From Azolla caroliniana (taxonomy: Eukaryota; Plantae; Polypodiophyta), in assembly GCA_043228905.1 (NCBI GenBank), contig JBHGNT010000012.1, forward strand, positions 1,798,001-1,862,000: a stretch of 64,000 nt of DNA, read 5' to 3'. The notes under the pieces were generated by a model. It searched no databases, was not told the DNA's origin, and was given only the letters and a program-made list of their open reading frames with translations. Positions 1 through 11,687 of this stretch are shown here, one piece after another. The stretch's first letter is position 1, and each line of letters starts with the position of its first letter. The translations under genes and the position numbers were made by a program.

Positions 1-928
1 TAAATGGATCACCCCACTAGAGCCACTCCCATCTAAAATGTCGTACTATAAAGAACACTTTATGCACTTCTCTGAGTTAGGTTTTATCACGCGCCCAAAA
101 TATCTAGATGTATTCTTACCACATGCACTAAGGGTTGCCATTGGTCAACTTAGAATATCATCTCACCAACTTGAGATTGAGAATGGACGTACTAATGGAG
201 TCCCTAGGGAGGAAAGGATATGTAGGTTATGCCACATAGAGATAGAGGATGAGTACCATTTTACATGCAAATGCCCCACCTATGCCGAGATAAGGGCAAA
301 ATACCAAGACATACTTGGTTCCTCTCCCACCCTCCCTAAACTATTAGATACACTAGATATAAAGAAATTAGGTAGATACATCTTAGAATTGAAACACCAC
401 AGAGAGAACAAATTACAAAACGTTGATAATAATGTTGCTAATGTTTACCAACATATAACAAATGAAGTTTTTCAGGAACAGGGGGAGACAATGAATGTCG
501 ACACACCTGTACCACTCGGACTTCTCCTTGATGAAGCAGAAAATCAAAGAAGAACCAAACGCCCTCGGATGCCGGGTTTCAAAGCAACTCGACGAGATGT
601 AGAAGCAATAAAGAAAATAAGGGAACGTGAACTACACCGCCTAGAAGCCATGGCTAGGGCACTCTATGCATCGGGACCATGGGTCACACCCACACCAAAA
701 ACTTTTGACCTCCCACTTCTTTTTGAGAGACTTGGGTGGAAATGAGATTAGGCTTGGTGCAAAGTTTTGTACACTACTAGAACTTTCTTAGCTTAAGCTA
801 TTTTCTTTTATTTTTAGTTTTGATGATTGGATAAACACTCATCTTTTGTTGTAACCTATTTGTCTCATGGGCCAAATTTGGCCTTAGAAGACGTTAATAT
901 ATCTTTCTTTCTTTCTTTCTTTCTTTCT
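1..928 (+). mobile_element. 3' end of a non-LTR retrotransposon (RTE/RTEX-like LINE), copy 1; runs off the window start
   Basis: ORF 38..745 has the LINE C-terminal motif LRISSHQLEIENGR..PREERICRLC..EDEYHF..KCPTY (CCHC). A 3' UTR follows, ending in a (CTTT)n tail at 902-928. Homologous to the minus-strand copy at 1196-1883 and 29209-29741. Confidence 0.85.
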
Positions 929-2047
929 CACGTGCATATCATACTAATCTTCCGCTGCTTAAAGTAACCATATAATTAGTCTCTAATTAACCCTAGTTAA
1001 TTACCTAATTACTTAACTAAACCAAAAAACTTAGCAAAGGAACTCATGAATACACATGCAAATTAAGTTCACGAGTTAAAGTGAGCACCCATAACAATAT
1101 CACAAGCCAAACAAACACATATGCATACAAGAGCTAAATTTAAGATATATATATTTATATATACATGTACAATACCCTTTATAGCCTATAGATATAGAAA
1201 GAAAGAAATATATACTAACTTCTTCTAAGGCCAAAATTGGCCCATGAGACAATTGGTATACAACAAAATAGGGTGTTGACCCAATCATCAAAAATAAAAA
1301 TAGATCTTAAGTTAAAATAGTTCTAGTATTGTACAAAACATGTTATGATGTAACATATTCAATAAAGGAAATGACTTTGTACTAGGACTATTGTCATTTC
1401 CACCCAAGCCTCTCAAAAAGAAGTGGGAAGTCAAAGGGTTTCGGTGTGGGTGTGACCCGTGGTCCAACCATGGCTTCTAGGCGGTATAGCTCATGTTCCC
1501 TTATTTTCTTAATTGCTTCTACACCATGTCGAGTTGCTTTGAAACCCGACATCCGAGGGCATTGGGTTCTTCTTTGGTTTTCTGCTTCATCAAGGAAGAG
1601 GTCGAGTGGTGGAGGTGTGTCCACATTCGTCATCTCCCCCTGTCACTGAAAAACTTCATTTGTTACATGTTGGTGAATCTTACAAACGTTATTGTCAACA
1701 TTTTGTAGTTTATTCTTTCTATATTGTTTTAGCTCTAAGATATATCTGCCTAATTTCTTTATATTTAGAGTATCTAATAGTTTGGGCATGGTGGGAGAGG
1801 GACCGAGTATGTCTTGGTATTTTGTCCTATCTCGACATAAGTTGGACATATTGCATGTAAAGTGGTACTCATCCTTTATCTCTTTTTTCTTTTTCTTTTT
1901 TTTTGTAAAATCACACAGTTATATTAATTGCATGTAAAAAAAACCACTATCACAACTTGTAAGTCATCTTTACATATCTACATAAAGAGATACATATTCA
2001 TATCATTACAAACCACGAATATGTCTCTCAACATCCCATAACGTTTC

Positions 2048-2468
2048 TGTGAAAGTTAACGTGCGGAAGTGTTAAACAGAACCGGCTCAGTCGGATAGCA
2101 ACAGAGAATAAGATGAAGGTTTAATGGAGAAATTTAATACACATAGAATATACGAGGGAGAGACAGAGAGAGCAGAACATAAACATATATTCAAAATAAC
2201 TCTAAAACTCTATACATACAACGTGCTAAACAACACTATTTATACAAAGTCCATAAAGGACTAACAGAAGTACTGACAGGTACTTCAATACTCATACGAG
2301 CAACTGCCACTAACTACGAGACAATGATTACCTAGTAGTCTAGGCTACTACTAGGCTTCTGGTTCCCGCTCGAATCTGGCTCTCCGATCCGACCGGTTGT
2401 TTTCGGATACCGATCCGGCTCAGGCTTATTCAGCCGATTTAGATCCAATCGAGCTTGCTCACTCAACA
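2048..2468 (-). repeat. Copia 3' LTR
   Basis: Matches 27929-28348; adjacent to PPT (CTCCCCCTCAAG on plus). Confidence 0.92.
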
Positions 2469-2480
2469 CTCCCCCTCAAG

Positions 2481-3601
2481 CTCAACTTGAGGTCGGATTG
2501 TGGTGTTAGTGTCCGTGGCAGCCGATTCTTCTACCCAGCTCCTCGTCCGGTCCGGTCCGGTCTTGTTCGCCGCGACCCCTCTGGTTCTGCGCACCTCGAC
2601 CTCCTCGGTCGGCTTGTCTGCTCAATAGGCCCATTTAAGCTCCTTCGTTGTTATGACTTCGGCACCTATTGACCCGTCGGTTCCTTCGTGTTGGCGTCGA
2701 CTTCCGTTGCGACCGTGTCCGCTTGGCCTTTAGTTGATTCGGCTCCGCCGAATCCAATTGTGGAAGTGAATCGATTGTATCCGATTCGTTCTAGCCCTTG
2801 TCCGAATCAGTCGCTCCCGATTCATTTCAGCTCTTGTTCGAGTCAGTGTTCTCCAACTCGTCTTCCGGTTTCAGGCCCTTCACCACATCAAACCATGTTC
2901 GGGTCTTGGCCTTCTCCTTCTAGTCCACTTTGTCCTTCTTGACTTTGCCGCCGCTGCCGCTCGTTCCGACTTGTTCGAATGTGTCGACTCCCTTCGTCAA
3001 CTCGGCTTCCTTTTTCCTCTTGTCTCCCCCTTTGTTGGTTCTTCCCTTTCCGGTTCCTTGTCCGGTGCCATCGGTAGTTTCTTTGCCTTTGCCCATTCTC
3101 CCCCTCAAGTGCAGCACATCGAGATGCTGAACACCAAGCATTTTGGTGAAGTGCTACAACTTGTCCAATTCGAGCGGTTTGGTGAAGATGTCGGCAACCT
3201 GTCGATCCGTCTGAACCTACCGAAGTTCGACTTCACCACTCAGGACCCGCTCACGCACGAAGTGATAATACACTTATATGTGCTTTGTTCGAGCATGGAA
3301 TATGGGGTTCTTGGTGAGTTGTATGCTGCTTATGTTGTCGTAGTAGATTAGGATCGGGGTCGGCACCTCGATCCAAAGATCTCGTAGTAATCGCCGAAGC
3401 TAGATGGCTTCACAGGTGGCATTGGTAGCGCCCCGGTATTTAGCCTCAATGCTCGACAGAGCCACTATTGGCTGCTTTTGGCTGCTCCATGCAACAGCTA
3501 TGCTACCAAGGGAAAACATGTACCCAGAGGTGGATCGGCGATCCAATGCATCATCAGCCCAGTCGACATCGGTATATTTGACTAGCTTCCCAACTATACC
3601 T
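2481..3601 (-). pseudogene. Copia RNase H plus degenerate C-terminal extension
   Basis: Minus strand reads YTDVDWA..DRRSTSGY..WSSQKQ..VALSS.EA.Y..HARTKHI..HFVRE..QVADIFTK, then VLHLRGR followed by a charged low-complexity extension. Confidence 0.85.
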
Positions 3602-4090
3602 TGTCGGTAAGTCCTCGGTCCTTCATGCCGCTAACATACTGGTGTATCGGTATTAGAGATCTAGGTACTAAAGTAAGCTTAAGATAAGGATAAAGTAATG
3701 ATAGATAGAAAGGAGAAAGAGAAAGAAGGGTGCCGATCCACCCGACCACCCCCGAGCGAAGGGATCGAGATGGACTCGAGCCTCGATCGGCGTCCCATAC
3801 CACCGCCGTGGCGTCGAGCTGACCTGGTGCTGGCGCGCTCGCTACAAGAGTTCACCCACCACAAGAGCAGAGTCTCGATGTAGTCCAAAGATGATCCAAT
3901 GAGGGTAGCTAGGCCTCTTATTTATAGCGATACCCAAGGCCCCCAGGCAAGTTCACACTTGACCTAATGGGTTGTCTCAATCCCGAGGATTAAAAGTAAT
4001 CCTCCCCTTCTTTACACTCTCATTTAACCCTCACACTTATCCACGTGTATAGAATACTACGGTAAATTCTCACCACGGGATATTAAATGG

Positions 4091-6148
4091 TCATGCCCGT
4101 AACATACTCCCCCTCTTTAAAACATTGCACTCTTGCAATGGAAAGTTAGGGAAGTTAGTTCTAAGAGTATTTTCGCGTTCCCATGTGGCATCTTTTATTG
4201 ATTTATCCATCCATTTTATTTTAAATTCTCGGATTTCTTTAGTACGTAATTTTTTTGTTTTAACATCAAGAATTCTTTTTGGTACATGTGGTTTAGAAGA
4301 TAATTCTTCAGAAGTAACCAGAGTTTCAGTTGTAACTATATTGTCGCCAGAACCTAGAAGTTCTTTTAGACGACTCACATGAAAGATTGGATGAATTCCG
4401 ACACCATCGGGAAGAGCAAGACGATAGGCTGATGACCCAATGCGTTTGAGGACCGTAAAAGGTCCACAAAACCGTGGGGCTAACTTAGCGCACTTACCCG
4501 TAGACAATGTCTTAGAATTGTGAGGTACACGTAAAAATACCTTCTGTCCAGGGTTGAATACACGAGGTTTCCTATGATGATCGGCATAAAAACGCGCTCT
4601 ATCTTGAGCTGTTTTTATATTATCTCGTGCAATATGCAACATATCTTGCATATCCCGAAGAAAGTTTTGCGTACTTCGCAACTCATCATGATGTATATTA
4701 ACATCAATCGGGGCTCGTGGCTGAAAACCATACATCAACATAAAAGGACTATATCCCGTCAACGTATGCTTGGAGCTGTTATAAGCAAACTCCAAAATTG
4801 GGAGATAACGTTCCCATTTTGTTGGTTTTGCACCAACGTAGGCTCGAAGCATGTCCTCAATAATTTGATTTACTCGTTCTGTCTGTCCATCGGATTGAGG
4901 ATGATCCATGGAGCTCATGCTCAACGTAGTTTCTAACTTCTTAAAGACTTGCGTCCAGAAGTCACTAGTAAACTTTGGATCTCGATCACTCACTATATCC
5001 ATCGGTAACCCATAAAAACGAAACAATTCGTCAATGAATTGGTAAGCCAATTCAGGAGCTGTTACCGTGGTTTTAGTAGCAATAAATCTGGCCATTTTAG
5101 TTAGTCGATCAACCACAACCCAGATGGCATCATGACCTTTTTGGGTGCGAGGAAGGCTAACAATAAAATCCATGGATATACTTTCCCACTTATTATTGGG
5201 AATGTCCAAGGGATGTAAAAGTCTTGCGGCTTTAAGTCGCTCGGCTTTGTTAACCTGACACTGGTGACATTTAGTCACATAGCTATGTATGTCAGGACGC
5301 ATCTTAGGCCAATAAAATTGAGTGGAGATAAGAACGAGTGTACGATGTATTCCAGGGTGCCCTGCTGAGGGTGCATCATGGCATTCAAAAAGAATCCTCT
5401 TTTTGACCTCGGGTAAATCTGGAACACAAACCTTCCCATTACGGTAGAGCAAACCGTTAGCAATGTGGAAGTATTCCTTCGAGGATGTGGTGGTGTCTGT
5501 TCCAGACTCAACTCTTGCCCAGTATTTTGCGAAATAACTGTCATCAGGATACTTTCCTCGAAGGTGATCATAAAGATCTGATGTTATTTCAGTGAAGCTA
5601 AGCGTGTTAACTTCACGGATGCGACTTAATGCATCAACGACAGTGTTCATGGAACCTTTACGATATCGTATGGAAAAATCAAAGTCCTGGATGAGATCAG
5701 CCCATCGTGCCTTACGACCTTTCAGGTCTTGTTGGTCACAAAAATATTTCAAGGACTCGTGGTCCGTAGTTACCACAAAGCGATTTCCATAAAGATAATG
5801 GCGCCATGTTTTGAGCGCATGTATAGATGCAAATAATTCCTTTTCTTGAACGGTATACCAACATTGAGAAGAATCAAGTTTCTTAATCTCGAATGCTATT
5901 GGTTTACCATCTTGATACAAGACAACACCTATAGCATAATCGCTTGCATCGGTTTCAACCTCAAAAGGTTTTGAAGGATCAGGTAAAAGAAGTGAAGGAG
6001 CCTTGCAAACCAGGTCCTTGAGTTCCTTAAAGGCGAGGTCTAGTGTAGCATTCCACACAATAGGTTTTGTAGACTTACACGTTTGACCTTTTAAAAGATC
6101 AGTAAACGGCGTCGTCAATTGGGAGTAATTACGAAGAGACTTTCGCAA
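4091..6148 (-). pseudogene. Chromovirus RNaseH-integrase-chromodomain ORF fragment (685 aa)
   Basis: ORF track; motifs as above; separated from RT by frameshifts and stops. Confidence 0.9.
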
Positions 6149-9100
6149 AAACCCGACAAAACCAAGGAATGATCGAACTTCTCGAATATTCCGAAGACTG
6201 GGCCAAAGCTTGATTTTCTCAATGTGAGAAGGATCAATTTCAACTCCTCGTTCGGTTATGAGATGTCAAAGATAAGTAATTGATTTCTTGAAGAACTCCC
6301 ATTTTGAGATCTTCGCATAAAACTGTTTGCCACGCAATGTTTGTAAAACAAAGCGGACATGTCTAGCATGTTCTTTTAATGTACGGTTATAAACTGAAAT
6401 ATCATCCAAGAAAATAACGACAAATTTTCCAAGTTGTTCTCAGAAAATGTCATTCATTTCTTGTTGAAAAGTAGCCGGAGCATTGGTCAAACCAAAAGGC
6501 ATAACCAAAAACTCGTAATGGCCATAGCGCGTACGAAATACCGTTTTAGGAACATCGTCCTCACTTATACGTATTTGATGGTAGCCAGTACGGAGATCAA
6601 GTTTCGTAAAATACCAAGCTCCCTGGAGACGATCAATTAGATCGTCAGCCCGGGGCAATAGGTACGAATTCTTGATCGTCACTTTATTCAAGCGTCGGTA
6701 ATTAATACACATACGCCATGTGCCCTCTTTCTTTTTTACCAAGAGAACTGGTGCACCCCATGGAGATTTACTATAACGTATATAACCCATTCGTAAGTAG
6801 TCCTTGAGTTGCTTAGATACCTCATCTTCTTCGGATCGACTTAAGCGATACAGAGGTATACTTATTGGTGCAACACCATGTACAATATCTATACGATGGT
6901 CTATATTACGTTTAGGAGGTAACCCATCAGGTAGCTCACTTGGAAAAACGTCATGAAAATCATTTAAGATTTCATCAAGTTGTTGTTCAAAATATGTTAA
7001 TTGAACTAAGACATTATCGATATTGTAAACGTGAATGTCCGGATCAAGTACACAATAAAATAACGTAGAACAAGACAACTCGGATATTGATGGACACGAG
7101 GAAACAATCGAGAGGGATTGTTTTTTTACACATTGAATAAAATGCATACAATCGTTCAGTACAAAAGACATGGAATGGCGAACCCAATCAATAAATAAAG
7201 AAGAGTTTTTATTATAAAACAAGGGATAACCCATTATTACATCGGTGGTACAAAGATTCATTACATGGAAGTCTACTTCCTCTATATAAGTATCAATAGA
7301 AATTCCTAATGAATGAATTGCCCCGTTGATGTATTGTACTCTTCCATCAGCCAAGTGCACCGTTGTCGTGAAGATTTTCGGCAATAGTGTGAAAATCCCA
7401 TAAAACGTACGAAATCGAGTATGAATCACATAGTACAATAATTGTGAAGATAACATTTTAAATAAATTTAATATCTAAGTACAAAATGATGGAGGTTTCG
7501 AATGCACTTTATTACACGAGAAACGGACAACTAAATGTCAAGATATGAGGGTATAAAGTTTGTGAAAGGAAAAGAGAAAATTGTGAGATATCCCACATAG
7601 GCACGACAAATACGGCTCTCATCATATATAAGGTGGAGCAAAAGATATTATCTTTGTGTCTATGTGTGGAGCATAGAGAGTTCAAGGTAACTTGAACTAA
7701 GAGTGGAGGTGGGCTAGCTACTCGTAAAGGGTTTTGGCCAACCAAAACCGGACCGGCGATGGAGTCGGTGATCCGACGGCATCCGATGGCAATCCGGCGA
7801 CGGTGATCCGACGGCATCCAGCGTCAGTGAGACACCAGCATCCGACGGCAATCCGGCGATGGCAAGGTGGCGACATCAGTAACCGACAACATCCGGCGAC
7901 GGCACCGGTAACCGACGGCATTCGACGAACCGACGTTCGACGACTATATAAATAAATATATAAATATATATACATATATACATATACAAGGAGGGCAAAG
8001 AAGGATTTGAACCTTGCACCTCCAAGTTAGGAATCAATTGGCTTACCATTAAGCCATGCTAGTTAGTTGGAATTATATTTCTATCATTATACTTTTACAT
8101 GTAAATTCTCATACATGAGAGCTAAAATGAGTGACATGGTTATCATGCACCACATGTAATACATAAGCGCCAAATGGCAAACATGCAATTTATGCATGTC
8201 TTGTACCCTCACATGCATCATATGCATGAGAGCATCTATAAAAGAAGGAAGGGGGAGGAGAAAAAACAAGTTTTTTTTTATTATGAAATTAAGAAGAAGA
8301 AATTCGTTATCAAATTGATGGTGTAACTTGTTTCTTAAATCCAAAGATAAAAGTTCAATCAATCTTTCTCAATCGTTTAATCTCAACTTCTCTCTTTCCC
8401 AATCTATCTTAAGTACTTTCTCGCCAAAGCTTGTATCGATTTTGAATCCTTCCGGTCCAGAACCCCGGCGGTTCTGCCTCACGATCCGCGCGTAGTGACG
8501 GATCTTCACAACATAATTAAGTGGTGAACCTGACGTGAACGAGGCGGTAGGAAGGATCAAGTCGAGATTAATACTTGGAGATGGCGTCCTCAAGCAACCA
8601 AGTGGGAGAGCTCGAAATGATGATGCTAATCGTCGAGCAAATGATGAGATCTCGGGACAACGACGTGAGCGTGGAGAAGGCTGTCGATCGTATCGTAGAG
8701 CTCGAGGGCCAATTCGATGGAAGGAATGTTACGAAGTTCCTTAATGCATATAGAAGGGAGATGAATCAGAGGGACGTATCCGAGGCACGTCAAATTGCAA
8801 GCTTCAAGAGAGTTGTCGCCAACAACATCCAAAGACACGTCATCGAGCTTCAAGAAGGTAAGACAACATGGTCCAAGTTCGAGAAAACGATACTAGCGGA
8901 GTTCGTGACTGAAGACTCAACGAGGATGACTCGACATGCCCTGATGAAGTGGATTGAGAAGAAGAATAAGAAGATGAGCGTCTCGAGGGTGTACGACGAA
9001 TTCGACCAGATGTTTAGTCGTCTCCCCAATATGGACCAAGTGTTGCTTGAAGAGGACAAGACTTTGTACTTCTTGAAGGCTGTGGACATAAAGGATAGAC

Positions 9101-9173
9101 GGGAGTTGGGGACTCTTCTTGAAGATGATACCCAAGCAAATGGGCTCGTAGCGGACTGGATCGCGGTGAAGCG

Positions 9174-9495
9174 TGTCATGAAGACATACATCTTGGCTTA
9201 TCATGACATTCATCTTGGCGAACCAGGAATCGAACCCATAACCTCTTGGTTTACATATTGTACTTTAACCATTGTAATAACATATGTGAGATGTAATCAT
9301 AATAATTATATGTTTAGTTATTACGAGATATTTAGAACATTCTAGATTATTCTAGAATGTTCTTGAATATTTCATGATTATATTTATTATTATTATTATT
9401 CATAAATATCTAAAATATTCTAGAACATTCTAGAATACTCCATAAGTGTCATGATAAGCCAAGATGTATGACATTCATCTTGGCTTATCATGACA
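9174..9495. mobile_element. 322-bp TG...CA insertion (solo-LTR/TRIM-like) in T1 gag
   Basis: Ends TGTCATGA...TCATGACA; perfect 5-bp TSD AAGCG (9169-9173, 9496-9500). Removing it restores gag AVKR|ACNRLDKRR. Confidence 0.88.
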
Positions 9496-11687
9496 AAGCG
9501 GGCATGCAATAGGCTCGACAAGCGTCGCCAATGGGTTGATGACACCGACTTGACGGGACCGACTACCACAGAGAAAGCAAGACCGCCGAAAGTAGCTGAG
9601 CCGCCAAGACAAAGTAACGTGGAAGAAAAGAAGATTGATGACGACATCATTGAAGAGCTAGCGAAGAAGTTCGAGAAGGTCACGCTAGCCAACATGAATC
9701 ATCGGGGCCCTAAGGGAAAAGAACCCTTTAGATGCGTGTGGTGCGATAGCATGGACCACATGAGAAAGGATTGTGCGAGCCTTCGAGAGGCGATTTGACA
9801 AAATATCGTATACATAGAGGACAACATGATCTGCTCAAGCGAGACTAGAAGACCCCTACGGGTGAATTTCGGAAGAGGAGGGATGAAGAAATCTATGGAG
9901 GATGCTGATGCGACTCATGTGGATGCGATGCACTATGCTGCGTCGGCCGGAATAAGAGTCGGGAAAGACAAGACTGAAGTTGCTAGAGCAGGAGCAAAGT
10001 TTTGGACTTCCGTTCTCGAATATGAGAAGAAGGGAAAAGTCACATCGAATGAGGTAGAGCTTGTGGACTGAAGCATGCAAAGCATAACCGGGTGGTCGGA
10101 TCCAGTGGACGACAACACCATACTCGCAGAGGTGATGTGCGACAACAACGAGGTGTTCGTCGAAGAAAAGAGAAAGAGAATAGAAGAGCAAGGCCCATCA
10201 AAAAGACATGAAACAAGGAACGTGAAAAAGAAGGACGATGCGGAGACGAGTCGACCTTTACAAACGGAGGAACGAGAATCAAGCCGAAAAGGGGAGCCGA
10301 GCATACGAGTTGAAGAAACGGTTCGGCCCTTGAAGGTTGGTGTCGAAGACCCCGCTCGGAGGACAAGGACTATACCTACCTATAAGCTAAGGTCGGACAT
10401 AGAGCAGACGACGGACCTAAAGAAGATTCTCGAAGAACGAGTTCTTGATAGCCACGTAACTTTGTCCTTGAGGGAATTGCTTGGCATTACGAAGAAGGAG
10501 TTCCATGACACGATCGTGAACCTTGTAAAGAGAAAGAGACAACAATCGGACGAGGAAGAAGAGAAGCCGCAAAAAGCAAAAACGAATGCCATAACGATGG
10601 CAAGAGATGAAATCGATGAAGATATGGTGGACAACCACTACACTCGACCTCATTGGGCACGAGCGACAACGGAGACGCCGGTGAAGATCGGGGAGAAGAA
10701 AGAGACCGTGGTAGCCTTGATCGACCACGGTTCGGAGATTAACCTCATGTCAACCGACTTCTACAAAAAAGGAAGGTGGCCAATCAATACAAACCACGGA
10801 TGGAAGATTCACGCGGCAACAAAGTCTACGGAGGAATTGTATGGAGCTTGTCCCAATATCAAAGTCACGATTGGGGATGTGGAGATGGATCAACACTTCT
10901 TCGTACAAGAATCGACGTCGCATCCTGTCATCCTAGGGCAACCTTATATCACATCATCTCGGATGGAGACCAAAGTGTTCGATAATGGAGCAGCCTTCGC
11001 ACGAATAAAGAGTCTTGACAACCAAAGATCGGTCCAATTCCTAACGGTGCGAGCCAATCATGAAAGGAATCGAGATAGTCTCGGAGGCGGATTCTCGGAT
11101 TTTTAGAGCGGACTATTGAAGCATGGGGCACAAATAGTCCGAGCAATCACAAGACCCCACAAGAAAGAAGAGTGCGTGGATTGCAAGGAGAAGCAACATG
11201 TGTCACACCTAGTGGCGCATGTAAACTGGTACTACCCGACAAGAAGCACAAGCGCCGGATACAAGAATTCGAGAAGATGTTGAAAGAAGAGAACATAATA
11301 GAAGAAGGAGAGTTCGTGACTCATATTATGGAAGAAGCCTCATTTAACGACACCATCGGCGAAATCGAGGATGTTGTGGACTTGAGCTATCTTCACAACC
11401 AACGCGTGATTTCGGTTAATTCCGTCAACATGTACGCTATCATCGATGAATACCGTCGTGGCATCTCGATGAAGGAAGCTGACATCAACACGAAATATAA
11501 AACGGTGGATAAGAAGATCAAGCCAGTTGCGGTTCCGCTACCGGAAGATAGCTGGCAAAAGATGAAGGAAGTCGCTAACGATCCAAGCTTAAGAGATTCG
11601 AAGAAGATAGGTCATGTCTTCACCAAAGAGACGAAGGGGAAGCTATGAGTTGGAAAGGAGGATTTCCTTCTCCTTGAAGAGGAGCGA

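Noticed and set aside
6440-7456. ORFs 6440..7456, 8575..9345, 24630..25160 and 33864..34733 as novel fusion proteins
   Set aside because: They are chance read-throughs across insertion junctions defined by LTR ends and TSDs.
7991-8062. True tRNA gene
   Set aside because: No acceptor stem and a poor anticodon arm; kept only as a tRNA-like module.
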